The notes under the pieces are model-generated. The model searched no databases, was not told where the DNA came from, and worked only from the letters and a program-made list of their open reading frames with translations. A program made the translations under genes and the position numbers. Positions 26,033-34,709 of a DNA stretch of 64,000 bases are shown here, piece by piece. The stretch's first letter is position 1. Each line of letters begins with the position of its first letter. The stretch comes from a virus. Location: positions 1 through 64,000 of IMG/VR virus record IMGVR_UViG_3300046820_002290; one strand, 5' to 3'.

Positions 26033-27324
26033 GTCAGCAACTCACTCCCGTCAATGGCGGTGTAATTCCTAAACTTCAGACATCAACGACTCAGGCACGG
26101 TTAAATGTGCTGTCGCCACAGTACGTTGAGGTCAAGGGACTTCAAAGTCGCCCAACCGAGTGGGTTCCACGCGGGCGACCGATCTATCGTCGCTTACCGG
26201 CAACTGCGGAAACTTACCAGGTTGACTTTTTCAACCTCGTCAATGAGTCTAACATCACTGGTAACACCTTTGTAGGCGATGCTGTTGAGGAGGTTGGGTA
26301 CGTTTACGTGCCTTACGGCCTAAGCATCAATGGCCCCTTTTCCGCTGAGGTTGTAACTTCCGAATCAAAGAGAGACCTACTGATTAAGTCTGGAGTGATT
26401 GTTTGGAAATATGGCAAGGTGGAGGTTTTGCCCACTATCGCAAACATGGAGGTACTTGATATACTTAGCGGCAGGTACGATGTTGCCTATCAGCTTATTT
26501 ACGATGACTCTCCTACCCCCCATCTTTACGAGGTTTCGGATTTTGCTTTGACGGGTATCCCACTTAACGTCACGGCAAGCACTGACTCTGTTATTGGCTG
26601 GCGCTACCCCGCCGTTAATTCTTTTCTGAACACTTCCGACAATTTTTGGTCTAATGAAGATTCTTATTACCCCTCATATACACAACCATCTACCGCTTAT
26701 TTACAGTGGGAAGCAGAGCTTACGCAAGCCTACAAGAAGTTAGTCTTAAGGTGCCCGGCGGGGACAGCTTACTCCGGAACTGCAACACTATCTTACGTAA
26801 ACGGCTCTGTGTTGACACTTGTTGGGACTGTAAATATCTCGTCGGACAGCCAAGGACAATACTTTCAGTTTGACGTTAAAACTCCCAATCTACAGACGGG
26901 TTGGAATGTCACCTTTTCCTCCACAGCGATGGCTATTCAGTCTATAACTGTTACGGGCGCAATTACTCTGCTGGAGCCTCAGTCTGGTTTGTCCCCTCGA
27001 GCAGCATTGGTTATGTACCCGGTTGGAACATTGCCAAAAACCGTCACTAACAGCCAGGGTGAGGAGATTCCTGCGATTTACTGCAAATTGGCTGAGGTAG
27101 ACGTAACCTCCGACCATACTGTAACTCGCGTCCAGGACACGCGCAGCATCATTCACCGGGACTATACACCTGTAGCTGACTGGTTGACAGTACCGTTTGA
27201 CGAAGACCTTACCAACCTGTATGAGCAGGTTTCGGAGTATGCGCCTTTGTGGATGGCTCCCACAACGTGCATGGACCAGGAATATTCAAACCTTTCTTCG
27301 GATCAAATCATAGTCGAGGCTTGA
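26029..27324 (+). CDS. putative baseplate/structural protein
   Basis: ATGA overlap with the J gene; beta-rich composition. Confidence 0.55.
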   Translation: MSQQLTPVNGGVIPKLQTSTTQARLNVLSPQYVEVKGLQSRPTEWVPRGRPIYRRLPATAETYQVDFFNLVNESNITGNTFVGDAVEEVGYVYVPYGLSINGPFSAEVVTSESKRDLLIKSGVIVWKYGKVEVLPTIANMEVLDILSGRYDVAYQLIYDDSPTPHLYEVSDFALTGIPLNVTASTDSVIGWRYPAVNSFLNTSDNFWSNEDSYYPSYTQPSTAYLQWEAELTQAYKKLVLRCPAGTAYSGTATLSYVNGSVLTLVGTVNISSDSQGQYFQFDVKTPNLQTGWNVTFSSTAMAIQSITVTGAITLLEPQSGLSPRAALVMYPVGTLPKTVTNSQGEEIPAIYCKLAEVDVTSDHTVTRVQDTRSIIHRDYTPVADWLTVPFDEDLTNLYEQVSEYAPLWMAPTTCMDQEYSNLSSDQIIVEA

Positions 27325-27325
27325 A

Positions 27326-30223
27326 ATGACACAGCAAACACCCACCTTCAACGTCTCTGAGTTTGAGCTCCGGGGGTTCACTAACCCCTACTTAACACCC
27401 GAGCAAGCGATCGAGGTTTCGAATACGGAAACTCGTGTAAATGAGCAGCTCAACTTTCTAGCTCAAATGTTGGGTTGGAATGGTCCCAATTATTGGGATA
27501 ATCTCCCCTCTACTGTGGACCAAAAGCGACAGCTTTTAGGTGGGACGTTTGGCGTCTACAACAGTTATGTCATTCCACGCATCTACGAAATCCGCAACTG
27601 GGATAATAAAATTGTTGTAGACAGATTGCAATTTTTGGAGCCGGGTAGGCAAACGCAAGTTGCTCGCATTTTGCTGGGTGATAATATCTATCAGCTTCGC
27701 TCAGTTGAAGTTGAAGGAGACAAATATGTTATATCAATCGGAGAGCTAACGCAAGAGTTTTTTGACTTGATTGCGGCAAACGAGCCCCTACGTGCGGACA
27801 TCCCGACTTATCGCCCGGCCCCGTTCCGTCGCTCTGACATCGGGATTTCGGGGGATGCTTCTTTCGTATGTGGCAATGTGGGTAGTAACCTTGTGTTGTA
27901 TCCCGCATATGACACTGAGAAAAAATTTCCCCTAAAATTCCCCATCTTGTTTGCGGGGTCGGTTTATTACTTTGATCAACCGATTTATTTGTCTCTGTCT
28001 ACCTCTCTGACCCCGGACATTCAGCCGGCTTATGACAGCGACTTGGGGCTTTGGTATTTTCAAACTCCCTCGGACCTTGTCAACACAACGGGTTTGACGG
28101 CTTACCTTGCGTGGGCCAACAGTAATGCTACCCAAGCAAATAACTACCAACTTGAAGTTATCCTTCAACCGTGGGTAGACCCTTCGGATTGGAATTCTAT
28201 CCGCACCCTAGACAATTTCCGAGGGGTTTGGGGGAACAAGGGAGGAGATTTACCCTTTAACTTCGTGTTTGACGCTTTGAGCATCCACGGTTTCAGCGAG
28301 CGTGATTCCGTTTATCTGCCCGACGTAACAACCTCTCTGGATTTCAACGACATCGTTAATTATATTTACTATCAAAAAACCACGATATCTGAGTTGGCCC
28401 CTGGTGCTGCTAAAGTGGGTGACCTGTGGTGGAATGACGTAACGGGTGCTTTATCTGTTTGGCTCCCAAACGAGAGCGGTTGCGAAGGCTGGGTAGAAAT
28501 TGACTATCGGCAACAGCCTCGCCAGACCCCGGCTCCCCAGGTTGTCTATCCCGATGTTCCCACTTTTCAAGCTAACTCCGGCTCCCTTTCCGTGGGTACT
28601 GTGGTTCGGATTAATGATATCACCGGTCTAACTGTTTCTGATAATGTGATTGGGGTTCAGGGGACATTAACTGCCCCCGGCAGTTTGGTGCTTCATAGGG
28701 ATTCTGCCGCTCCCTACTGGACGCCAGACGAGTTCGGCTATGCCAGTGTAACTAACTTTGAGCAAGATGCGGAGTTGCTTCCTTACAAGGTTCCCGTAAC
28801 TATTTACGACGCAACGGGACTGGCTCCGTCCGGGTATTCATACACCGTGAACAACCTGAGCATAACTATCGGAGGTGATTACGAGGTGCTTCTAATGAAG
28901 TACTACACTAACACCACTTGGGAAATCTACCCGGACTCCCTCCTGAAGTACATTGCTTACTCTGCCCTGTTTGGTTCCCCCCTGCAAGGAGAAATGTGGT
29001 GGGATTTCGCCAACTCAGACCCAAATACCCGTGCGGCGGCAATTTATTACGGGAATGCATGGATTGCTGTAAATACTCATCCCCTGAGTGGTCCTCCGTC
29101 GCCGGTTCTCAATCTAGGTACCGTCCTTTTCTACTGTGACGGAGTTCTTGTCTCCGTGACCGGGGGAACCGGAGTCTACATGACAGACGACTATATTTTC
29201 ACATTAGTTTTTGATGCGGGGGCAGGAAAGTATGACATCACTTACCAGCCACGCACCTTTGTTGGACGAGTGCAGCTACCTGCCATTACTATTTCCGACT
29301 CCCTTACAACTACTTACCGCGCAGACATTACCAACTTGGTATTTAGTGGTCTGACCTACTACATGAGCCCCAATGTTTATAACGCAGAGACCCCCCTACG
29401 GTTATGGAAAGCCCAAGCCCTTCAGGTTGCTGAAACAGTGGCTCATCTAGAGGAAAACAACTACATTAACCCTTTGCTCGCGGATCTAAATAATGGCCCT
29501 GGTCCCGAAAACTGGGAGAAATACTTTGTGCGCCTACCTCTGGAATACGGCCGTGATGAAGCGGTGTGGCAGAAAGTTGCTCTAACATGTCAGAATTTTG
29601 GCTACTGGGGGTCTAGCGTTGAACCTGAGCAAATGCGGTGTCCTCCTGAGGATGACCTTCCGGCCATTTACGAAGAGCTCTTCCTCTACGATCAACCGGT
29701 GCCAGACTACACTTACGTTTACTCTGAACCCTACCTTTACTCTAACATTGCTTACTTCAATTCCGTAGAAAGCGGTGAGCTTCAAAACTCCGGCGTCTAC
29801 CCCTCGACGGACGTTGAGTTCGATGAATTTTCAGAAGCTGAAATCATTGAGTATGAGCCCCTACACAATAGGCAGGCAGATGTCACATCGCCAGTTAATC
29901 GGGGTTACGGCGAATGGTTGGGGGAATACGTAAACGTGAACCCCTGCATTCCTTTGACAGGGTTCTTCGATACCGATTTACTCAGTGGTGGCGTTACGCC
30001 CATCGCGGCCCCCGTTTGGGATGCTTCTATCTATAAATTTGCTCCCACTTGTGCGAACGCCAAAGAGAGCTACGCTGTGGATGCAAACCATTATAAAATT
30101 TCTTACAGCTACTTTGTTGCTGACGCTTCTGCTGCGGAAGATCCTTTCTTTGATATTGCCCAAGAAGCCGCTTGGCGCTATCCGGTCACTCAATCAAAAA
30201 CCCTGTATCTCACTCCGCGCTAA
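27326..30223 (+). CDS. putative baseplate/structural protein
   Basis: 965 aa in the baseplate operon; GDLWW/GEMWW fibre-type motifs. Confidence 0.55.
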   Translation: MTQQTPTFNVSEFELRGFTNPYLTPEQAIEVSNTETRVNEQLNFLAQMLGWNGPNYWDNLPSTVDQKRQLLGGTFGVYNSYVIPRIYEIRNWDNKIVVDRLQFLEPGRQTQVARILLGDNIYQLRSVEVEGDKYVISIGELTQEFFDLIAANEPLRADIPTYRPAPFRRSDIGISGDASFVCGNVGSNLVLYPAYDTEKKFPLKFPILFAGSVYYFDQPIYLSLSTSLTPDIQPAYDSDLGLWYFQTPSDLVNTTGLTAYLAWANSNATQANNYQLEVILQPWVDPSDWNSIRTLDNFRGVWGNKGGDLPFNFVFDALSIHGFSERDSVYLPDVTTSLDFNDIVNYIYYQKTTISELAPGAAKVGDLWWNDVTGALSVWLPNESGCEGWVEIDYRQQPRQTPAPQVVYPDVPTFQANSGSLSVGTVVRINDITGLTVSDNVIGVQGTLTAPGSLVLHRDSAAPYWTPDEFGYASVTNFEQDAELLPYKVPVTIYDATGLAPSGYSYTVNNLSITIGGDYEVLLMKYYTNTTWEIYPDSLLKYIAYSALFGSPLQGEMWWDFANSDPNTRAAAIYYGNAWIAVNTHPLSGPPSPVLNLGTVLFYCDGVLVSVTGGTGVYMTDDYIFTLVFDAGAGKYDITYQPRTFVGRVQLPAITISDSLTTTYRADITNLVFSGLTYYMSPNVYNAETPLRLWKAQALQVAETVAHLEENNYINPLLADLNNGPGPENWEKYFVRLPLEYGRDEAVWQKVALTCQNFGYWGSSVEPEQMRCPPEDDLPAIYEELFLYDQPVPDYTYVYSEPYLYSNIAYFNSVESGELQNSGVYPSTDVEFDEFSEAEIIEYEPLHNRQADVTSPVNRGYGEWLGEYVNVNPCIPLTGFFDTDLLSGGVTPIAAPVWDASIYKFAPTCANAKESYAVDANHYKISYSYFVADASAAEDPFFDIAQEAAWRYPVTQSKTLYLTPR

Positions 30224-30224
30224 C

Positions 30225-30232
30225 GGGTAAAA
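30225..30232 (+). promoter_or_regulatory. GGGTAAAA box
   Basis: Motif starts 30 nt before ATG 30255. Confidence 0.78.
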
Positions 30233-30254
30233 CCCATTAAACGAAACTATCACG

Positions 30255-30557
30255 ATGGCTACTAGGCGGCGCCCTTCCGGATTCACGGAGCAAGAAAAAG
30301 AAGAAGCGGCAAGTATCTCCGAATTTCTTGACGACAGTGTGAACGAAATTCTCGAAACTCTTTCGCGCGAAGAAGATGTGGACGCCGCCCCCTTTGCCCC
30401 CTCGGAGATAATTCCGACTGAAGACGTGGGCCCTCGATTTTTGCAGGAAGTTGTCACTCCCGCAGCTCAAGAGTCAACTGACACGGTAAGCCCCCTCCTT
30501 CAACCGCCGCCAAAACGCCACCCACGCAACATCCCGAAGTTTTCTCGTTATAAGTAA
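30255..30557 (+). CDS. hypothetical protein
   Basis: Follows the late box. Confidence 0.65.
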   Translation: MATRRRPSGFTEQEKEEAASISEFLDDSVNEILETLSREEDVDAAPFAPSEIIPTEDVGPRFLQEVVTPAAQESTDTVSPLLQPPPKRHPRNIPKFSRYK

Positions 30558-30559
30558 CT

Positions 30560-31357
30560 ATGCGCCCCCCTAAACTTCGCTCAACCCCCCTTGTCCAAAG
30601 CCTGGCTCTCTTGCAGCAACAAGCGGAAGCGAATATGAAGTTTGCCGGCTTACCTCGGGGCACATTGCGTGGAACCATTTGCGATGTAGATGATCCGGAG
30701 AATAGAGGCCGGGTTTGTGTTATTTTTGATGACATGAACCCAAATATCCCTCAAGTATCCGGAGCGGGTGAATGGTCTAAGGAACGGGTAGGCGAAGAAC
30801 CTGACCGGTCACACTGGTTGGATGTGACTCCCGCTTTCAAGGGTAGGCAGCCAAAAGGTTTGGTAGGAAAACGAGTAAATATATCCCCGTCCAACGGCCA
30901 ATACACTATGGCGTTGGCGGGAGACGTTGTTTACGATCCTCAGATGCTTGCTAATGGGGAAAAGTTAAAAATGCCAAACAACTCGTCGATGACGAGATTG
31001 CCTATTTACACTTCGGGTGATTTACCTCCTGCGTCTGAAGAGAATCACGGGTGCATGGTTGTAGAAATGAGCGGGCCTATGGATTCAGATTGGCTGTGCG
31101 TTTGCCTGAAACGTCAGGGGTCGTATTATTGGGTTCGCCACATTGACATGGCCCACGGCCACGCAGGTGAAAATGACGGTAAGCAAGAGGGAGTTGACAC
31201 TGGCGGAGACGCCGAACAACCCGTCAATCAACAAGCTGTCTGGGACTTTGTTTTCCCTACCACGGGAGGGGAAATGCAGAAGTATTCCAAATACGGTACA
31301 AACCCTCGACCCAATCCTTTTGGAGGCGAGGCAAAATGGTACGATCCCCCTAAATAA
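30560..31357 (+). CDS. baseplate spike / gpV-gp5 OB-fold protein
   Basis: RGTICDVDDPENRGRVCV...SHWL; HGH candidate metal-binding tip. Confidence 0.7.
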   Translation: MRPPKLRSTPLVQSLALLQQQAEANMKFAGLPRGTLRGTICDVDDPENRGRVCVIFDDMNPNIPQVSGAGEWSKERVGEEPDRSHWLDVTPAFKGRQPKGLVGKRVNISPSNGQYTMALAGDVVYDPQMLANGEKLKMPNNSSMTRLPIYTSGDLPPASEENHGCMVVEMSGPMDSDWLCVCLKRQGSYYWVRHIDMAHGHAGENDGKQEGVDTGGDAEQPVNQQAVWDFVFPTTGGEMQKYSKYGTNPRPNPFGGEAKWYDPPK

Positions 31358-31359
31358 CT

Positions 31360-31605
31360 ATGAGTACACCTACTTCCTACAGTCTAACCTACCCGGACCC
31401 TTGCACACAAGAGATTGGTTGTGGGCAAGGACCTTGTCTAGGTAAAATTTTGTTTAATCCGCGCCCGCAAAACTTCTGCGAAGACGTTACCATCCAGAAA
31501 GATTTATATGTCGTTCCGGATTACTTATTTGTAGGAGGAGCCCGCTATAAACCAACCACAGTGGTAGCAAATAATGGCACCTTTGTAGTACTGGCGCAAG
31601 GCTAA
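31360..31605 (+). CDS. hypothetical protein
   Basis: Tightly packed ORF. Confidence 0.6.
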   Translation: MSTPTSYSLTYPDPCTQEIGCGQGPCLGKILFNPRPQNFCEDVTIQKDLYVVPDYLFVGGARYKPTTVVANNGTFVVLAQG

Positions 31606-32426
31606 TGGCAATCCGTCGTCCCTCAATCTCATCGCCTGATTGGCTCTTTCAGGATTTCCTCTACCAAGAGGCTTCGGGTCTTGGGGGGTCCGAATTGCGC
31701 TATGTGCAAATCAAGTGGGACGGTGAGCCCTATACCCGTATATCTCAGTCCTTTGACTACAGCGACCCGCCGTATGTAGGCTCCGAGCAACGCGGTGGTA
31801 GCATTGTGGGTCAGATTGATTACGAAGTCAATGCCTCTACGCGCCTTGTCACCATTTACTCCTGGGCGGTCAACTGGCGAGATGAGTGGCCATTGCGTCT
31901 CGGCGTTAACTATTTGGGGCAGTGTCTATATCCGGCCTCTAAGGGTTTTCAGGTCCGAGTTGCTGGTAATGAGGTTTATACGTCTGCTGGCGAAGCTCTA
32001 GAAAAACCAAATCAGTTTCCCTACGCATTCTGGGTATCGGAGCAATACGACCCCCTAACTAACCGACCCGATGATTATTTATTGCGGTTTGGTAGAGCTC
32101 TAACAACTCAAGAAAACCCGGTCCCTATCGTCTATGGTTTTGACTCCTTTGTCCAGGTAACGGTCCCAGACACCTACATTCTGGTAACCGTAACTTCTGC
32201 GGGGGTCAACCTTCAAACTCCTCTCTACTGGAAGGTAACCGGGGATATTACTCCCGCACTTTTAGTGAGTGGCTTCACCGAAGGTGTCCTCCTGGTGAAT
32301 AGTAGCCAGGAGTTTTTGAAGCTTTCGCTCGTTCGGCCGGTCCCCACTGGTCCGACCGGAGCCATTGAGTTTTATGCTGATGCACAGTATACGACCCTTC
32401 TCGGAACGACGACAGTAACCCTGTAA
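31605..32426 (+). CDS. hypothetical protein with C-terminal Ig/Calx-beta-like domain
   Basis: C-terminus resembles a domain in ORF 55742. Confidence 0.6.
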   Translation: MAIRRPSISSPDWLFQDFLYQEASGLGGSELRYVQIKWDGEPYTRISQSFDYSDPPYVGSEQRGGSIVGQIDYEVNASTRLVTIYSWAVNWRDEWPLRLGVNYLGQCLYPASKGFQVRVAGNEVYTSAGEALEKPNQFPYAFWVSEQYDPLTNRPDDYLLRFGRALTTQENPVPIVYGFDSFVQVTVPDTYILVTVTSAGVNLQTPLYWKVTGDITPALLVSGFTEGVLLVNSSQEFLKLSLVRPVPTGPTGAIEFYADAQYTTLLGTTTVTL

Positions 32427-32428
32427 CC

Positions 32429-32436
32429 GGGTAAAA
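32429..32436 (+). promoter_or_regulatory. GGGTAAAA box
   Basis: Motif starts 33 nt before GTG 32462. Confidence 0.78.
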
Positions 32437-32461
32437 ACTGTTATCGTAAGAGCGTAGCGCG

Positions 32462-33544
32462 GTGGCGATCCCCCAAATTAAAGAGATTACGGTACCCAGC
32501 ACCTCCACAGTGATGCTGTGGTTTGACGGCCCCCTAGACAGCAAAGTTCCGGTGCCGGTAGGGTGCTTTACGGTTAACTACGGCAACTACGGAGTTACTA
32601 CCGTAAACTACGCCTCTGACACAATGATTACCCTGGAGCTGGACTCGTTCCTGTCCCCGTGGGACGAAGTTTTTGTCTCCTACGAACCGCCCTTAGACCT
32701 CAAGCAATGTCTGCGAGGACCGGTTCCCCCCACCGCCAACGATGTTGTCGTCAAGAGGAATGCGGTCCGAGCTTTTTATCGTGTTCCCGCACGAAACCAA
32801 CTTGCGCCTGACGAGAAGACGGACGGAAGTCAGGTTCAGGCTAACTTGGGTCAGACTATTGGCGGATTTGGTTTCCCATACCAAAACCGCTCCGGCGTAA
32901 TGACCGAGCACAAGTCGGACCCCAAGTCCGCTAGCCCGGATGACTTTATTGTAGCTTATGGCCTGAAGGAGGCGATTCAACTTACGAACATTGATGACGC
33001 AGCTGCTACCACGGTAAATGTGGCCAAGCTCCGGATGGCAATCCAGGACGCTAACTCGCTGATTGATAGCTACATTGAGCAAAGTGGCAAAGCGGGAATG
33101 GTTCTCATTACCAGCAACCGTCGCCGCACCGCACTCATTATTGCTCGTTACTATCTTGACACGGTTCGTCGCCGTGAGGATGTAAAGCAAGATTACGAAA
33201 CTGCGTTGAAGCAACTTGCCGCCGAAATGCAGATGACTGCTATTCGGGCAGGTAATGGCGATAGTGCGATTGATACTCCTGCGGGCATTATGCGCTCGTG
33301 GCGTATCCCACAGCGTTACAATATGGTGTCCGGCAAAGGTTTGTCCGGCTTCGTTACCGATACTGCGGGGGACCAAGCACCTGACTACAGGATAGGATAT
33401 GGTGCCATCGGGCAAAATGACGACCAGCCCAACTGGCTGAACGGTTCCAACTACGAAGAGCTCACCGGAGGTACTCCCCTAATCGCCGAACCAACTGATG
33501 CAGGCGGCTTACAGATCGATGGCAACCAGGGCTGGGGTCCGTGA
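32462..33544 (+). CDS. Mu gp36 / DUF1320 head-tail adaptor with N-terminal SwmB-like Ig domain
   Basis: YGLKEAIQLT, AIQDANSLIDSYI, IARYYL, DYETALKQL; N-terminal LWFDGPLD..FTVN..VSYEPP. Confidence 0.72.
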   Translation: MAIPQIKEITVPSTSTVMLWFDGPLDSKVPVPVGCFTVNYGNYGVTTVNYASDTMITLELDSFLSPWDEVFVSYEPPLDLKQCLRGPVPPTANDVVVKRNAVRAFYRVPARNQLAPDEKTDGSQVQANLGQTIGGFGFPYQNRSGVMTEHKSDPKSASPDDFIVAYGLKEAIQLTNIDDAAATTVNVAKLRMAIQDANSLIDSYIEQSGKAGMVLITSNRRRTALIIARYYLDTVRRREDVKQDYETALKQLAAEMQMTAIRAGNGDSAIDTPAGIMRSWRIPQRYNMVSGKGLSGFVTDTAGDQAPDYRIGYGAIGQNDDQPNWLNGSNYEELTGGTPLIAEPTDAGGLQIDGNQGWGP

Positions 33545-33571
33545 TTTACCTGAGTGTTTGATTGCTATATT
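33544..33571 (+). promoter_or_regulatory. sigma70-type promoter (ATTTAC-N16-TATATT, extended -10)
   Basis: Matches the early class; just before ATG 33581. Confidence 0.55.
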
Positions 33572-33580
33572 AAAAACAAA

Positions 33581-34207
33581 ATGTTTCACACAGTATATTT
33601 ATCTTTTGAGGACGGTAAAGTAGGGCGCGATTACATCGGTAAGCACAGCAGTGAGGACCCGTACGATGATTACCTGGGGTCTTATAGAGACAAGTCCTTT
33701 GATCCGTCAGGGAAGATTATACTAGAATACGCCAAGACGGAGGAGGGTGCAGTAGAAGCGGAGGTCCGTTGGCAACAAGTTTTTAGAGTGGCGGAAGACC
33801 CTCAGTTTGCGAATCAATCTTATCAAACTAATAAGAAGTTCGTGTTAGACACTCGGGGAGAAAAACATCCACTATTCGGTGCAAAGAGACCTGACACACG
33901 GGAGCGGAACCTTCGGGATAACCCTTCAAAAAAGCCCGAGGCAGCAGCAAAAATCGCCGAAGCTGCCCGCAGGAGGAAGGGCAAGGATTCAGAGGAAACT
34001 CGACGAAAGAAAGGGAAAAGTATAGCTAACCGGGTGAGCGAAAATCCAAACTACCAGTCAGAGTGCGGGTCTATAGCGGCTTCTTTGAGATTTTACGATC
34101 CTGATCACCCTGAGTTAGGTGCTCAGAATGCGGGTAACTTGGTGCAGATGCAGAAACGCAGGGGATATCCACACGGCCCAGAAAACAGGAAGGCGGTAAC
34201 CGGGTAA
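33581..34207 (+). CDS. free-standing GIY-YIG (Seg-like) homing endonuclease
   Basis: HTVY...DYIGKHS..DDYLGS, EAEVRW; SEETRRKK. Confidence 0.8.
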   Translation: MFHTVYLSFEDGKVGRDYIGKHSSEDPYDDYLGSYRDKSFDPSGKIILEYAKTEEGAVEAEVRWQQVFRVAEDPQFANQSYQTNKKFVLDTRGEKHPLFGAKRPDTRERNLRDNPSKKPEAAAKIAEAARRRKGKDSEETRRKKGKSIANRVSENPNYQSECGSIAASLRFYDPDHPELGAQNAGNLVQMQKRRGYPHGPENRKAVTG

Positions 34208-34209
34208 AA
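34202..34209 (+). promoter_or_regulatory. GGGTAAAA box
   Basis: Supplies the endonuclease stop; starts 33 nt before ATG 34235. Confidence 0.78.
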
Positions 34210-34234
34210 CTAGGGTGATCAACGCCTTAATGTA

Positions 34235-34705
34235 ATGGCTGCGTCTTTCCCCCCGAATCCATCGGTGGGACAACTATATACCAGCAATGGTAGGACTTGG
34301 AAGTGGACAGGAACCCAATGGACTGCGCAAGCAGTCACCACACCAACCTCTGCACCGGTGTATGTAAGTGTCTCCCCACCACCCAACCCTATCCAAGGCT
34401 CGCTTTGGTACGACAGCAATAACTCTTATCTCAACATCTGGTATACCGACCTCAACGGCGGCGCTTGGATCTCAGTGACCCCATTCCCTGAGGACACCAT
34501 CGATCAGAACGGTGGCGTCTTCCAGGGACCCATCTACGCGCAATACGAAATCCCCAACAACCCTTCCGCCTTCATCACAGTAGGCTATTTCCAAAACCAG
34601 CTTGTGGCCTACCTTACCCAGGAAGGCTATATGAGGGCTGGCAACGGCATTCAACTTGACACCAACGGTCAAATCCTCTCCATCGACTCCGGACTTCTCG
34701 TTTAA
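34235..34705 (+). CDS. small tail-fibre-associated protein
   Basis: FPPNPSVGQ..TWKWTGTQW, PPPNPIQGSLWYDS. Confidence 0.65.
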   Translation: MAASFPPNPSVGQLYTSNGRTWKWTGTQWTAQAVTTPTSAPVYVSVSPPPNPIQGSLWYDSNNSYLNIWYTDLNGGAWISVTPFPEDTIDQNGGVFQGPIYAQYEIPNNPSAFITVGYFQNQLVAYLTQEGYMRAGNGIQLDTNGQILSIDSGLLV

Positions 34706-34709
34706 TACC

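Noticed and set aside
14742-33544. Transposable Mu-like prophage or a contractile injection system/tailocin
   Set aside because: No transposase, repressor or host genes; capsid, terminase and own polymerase indicate an autonomous phage
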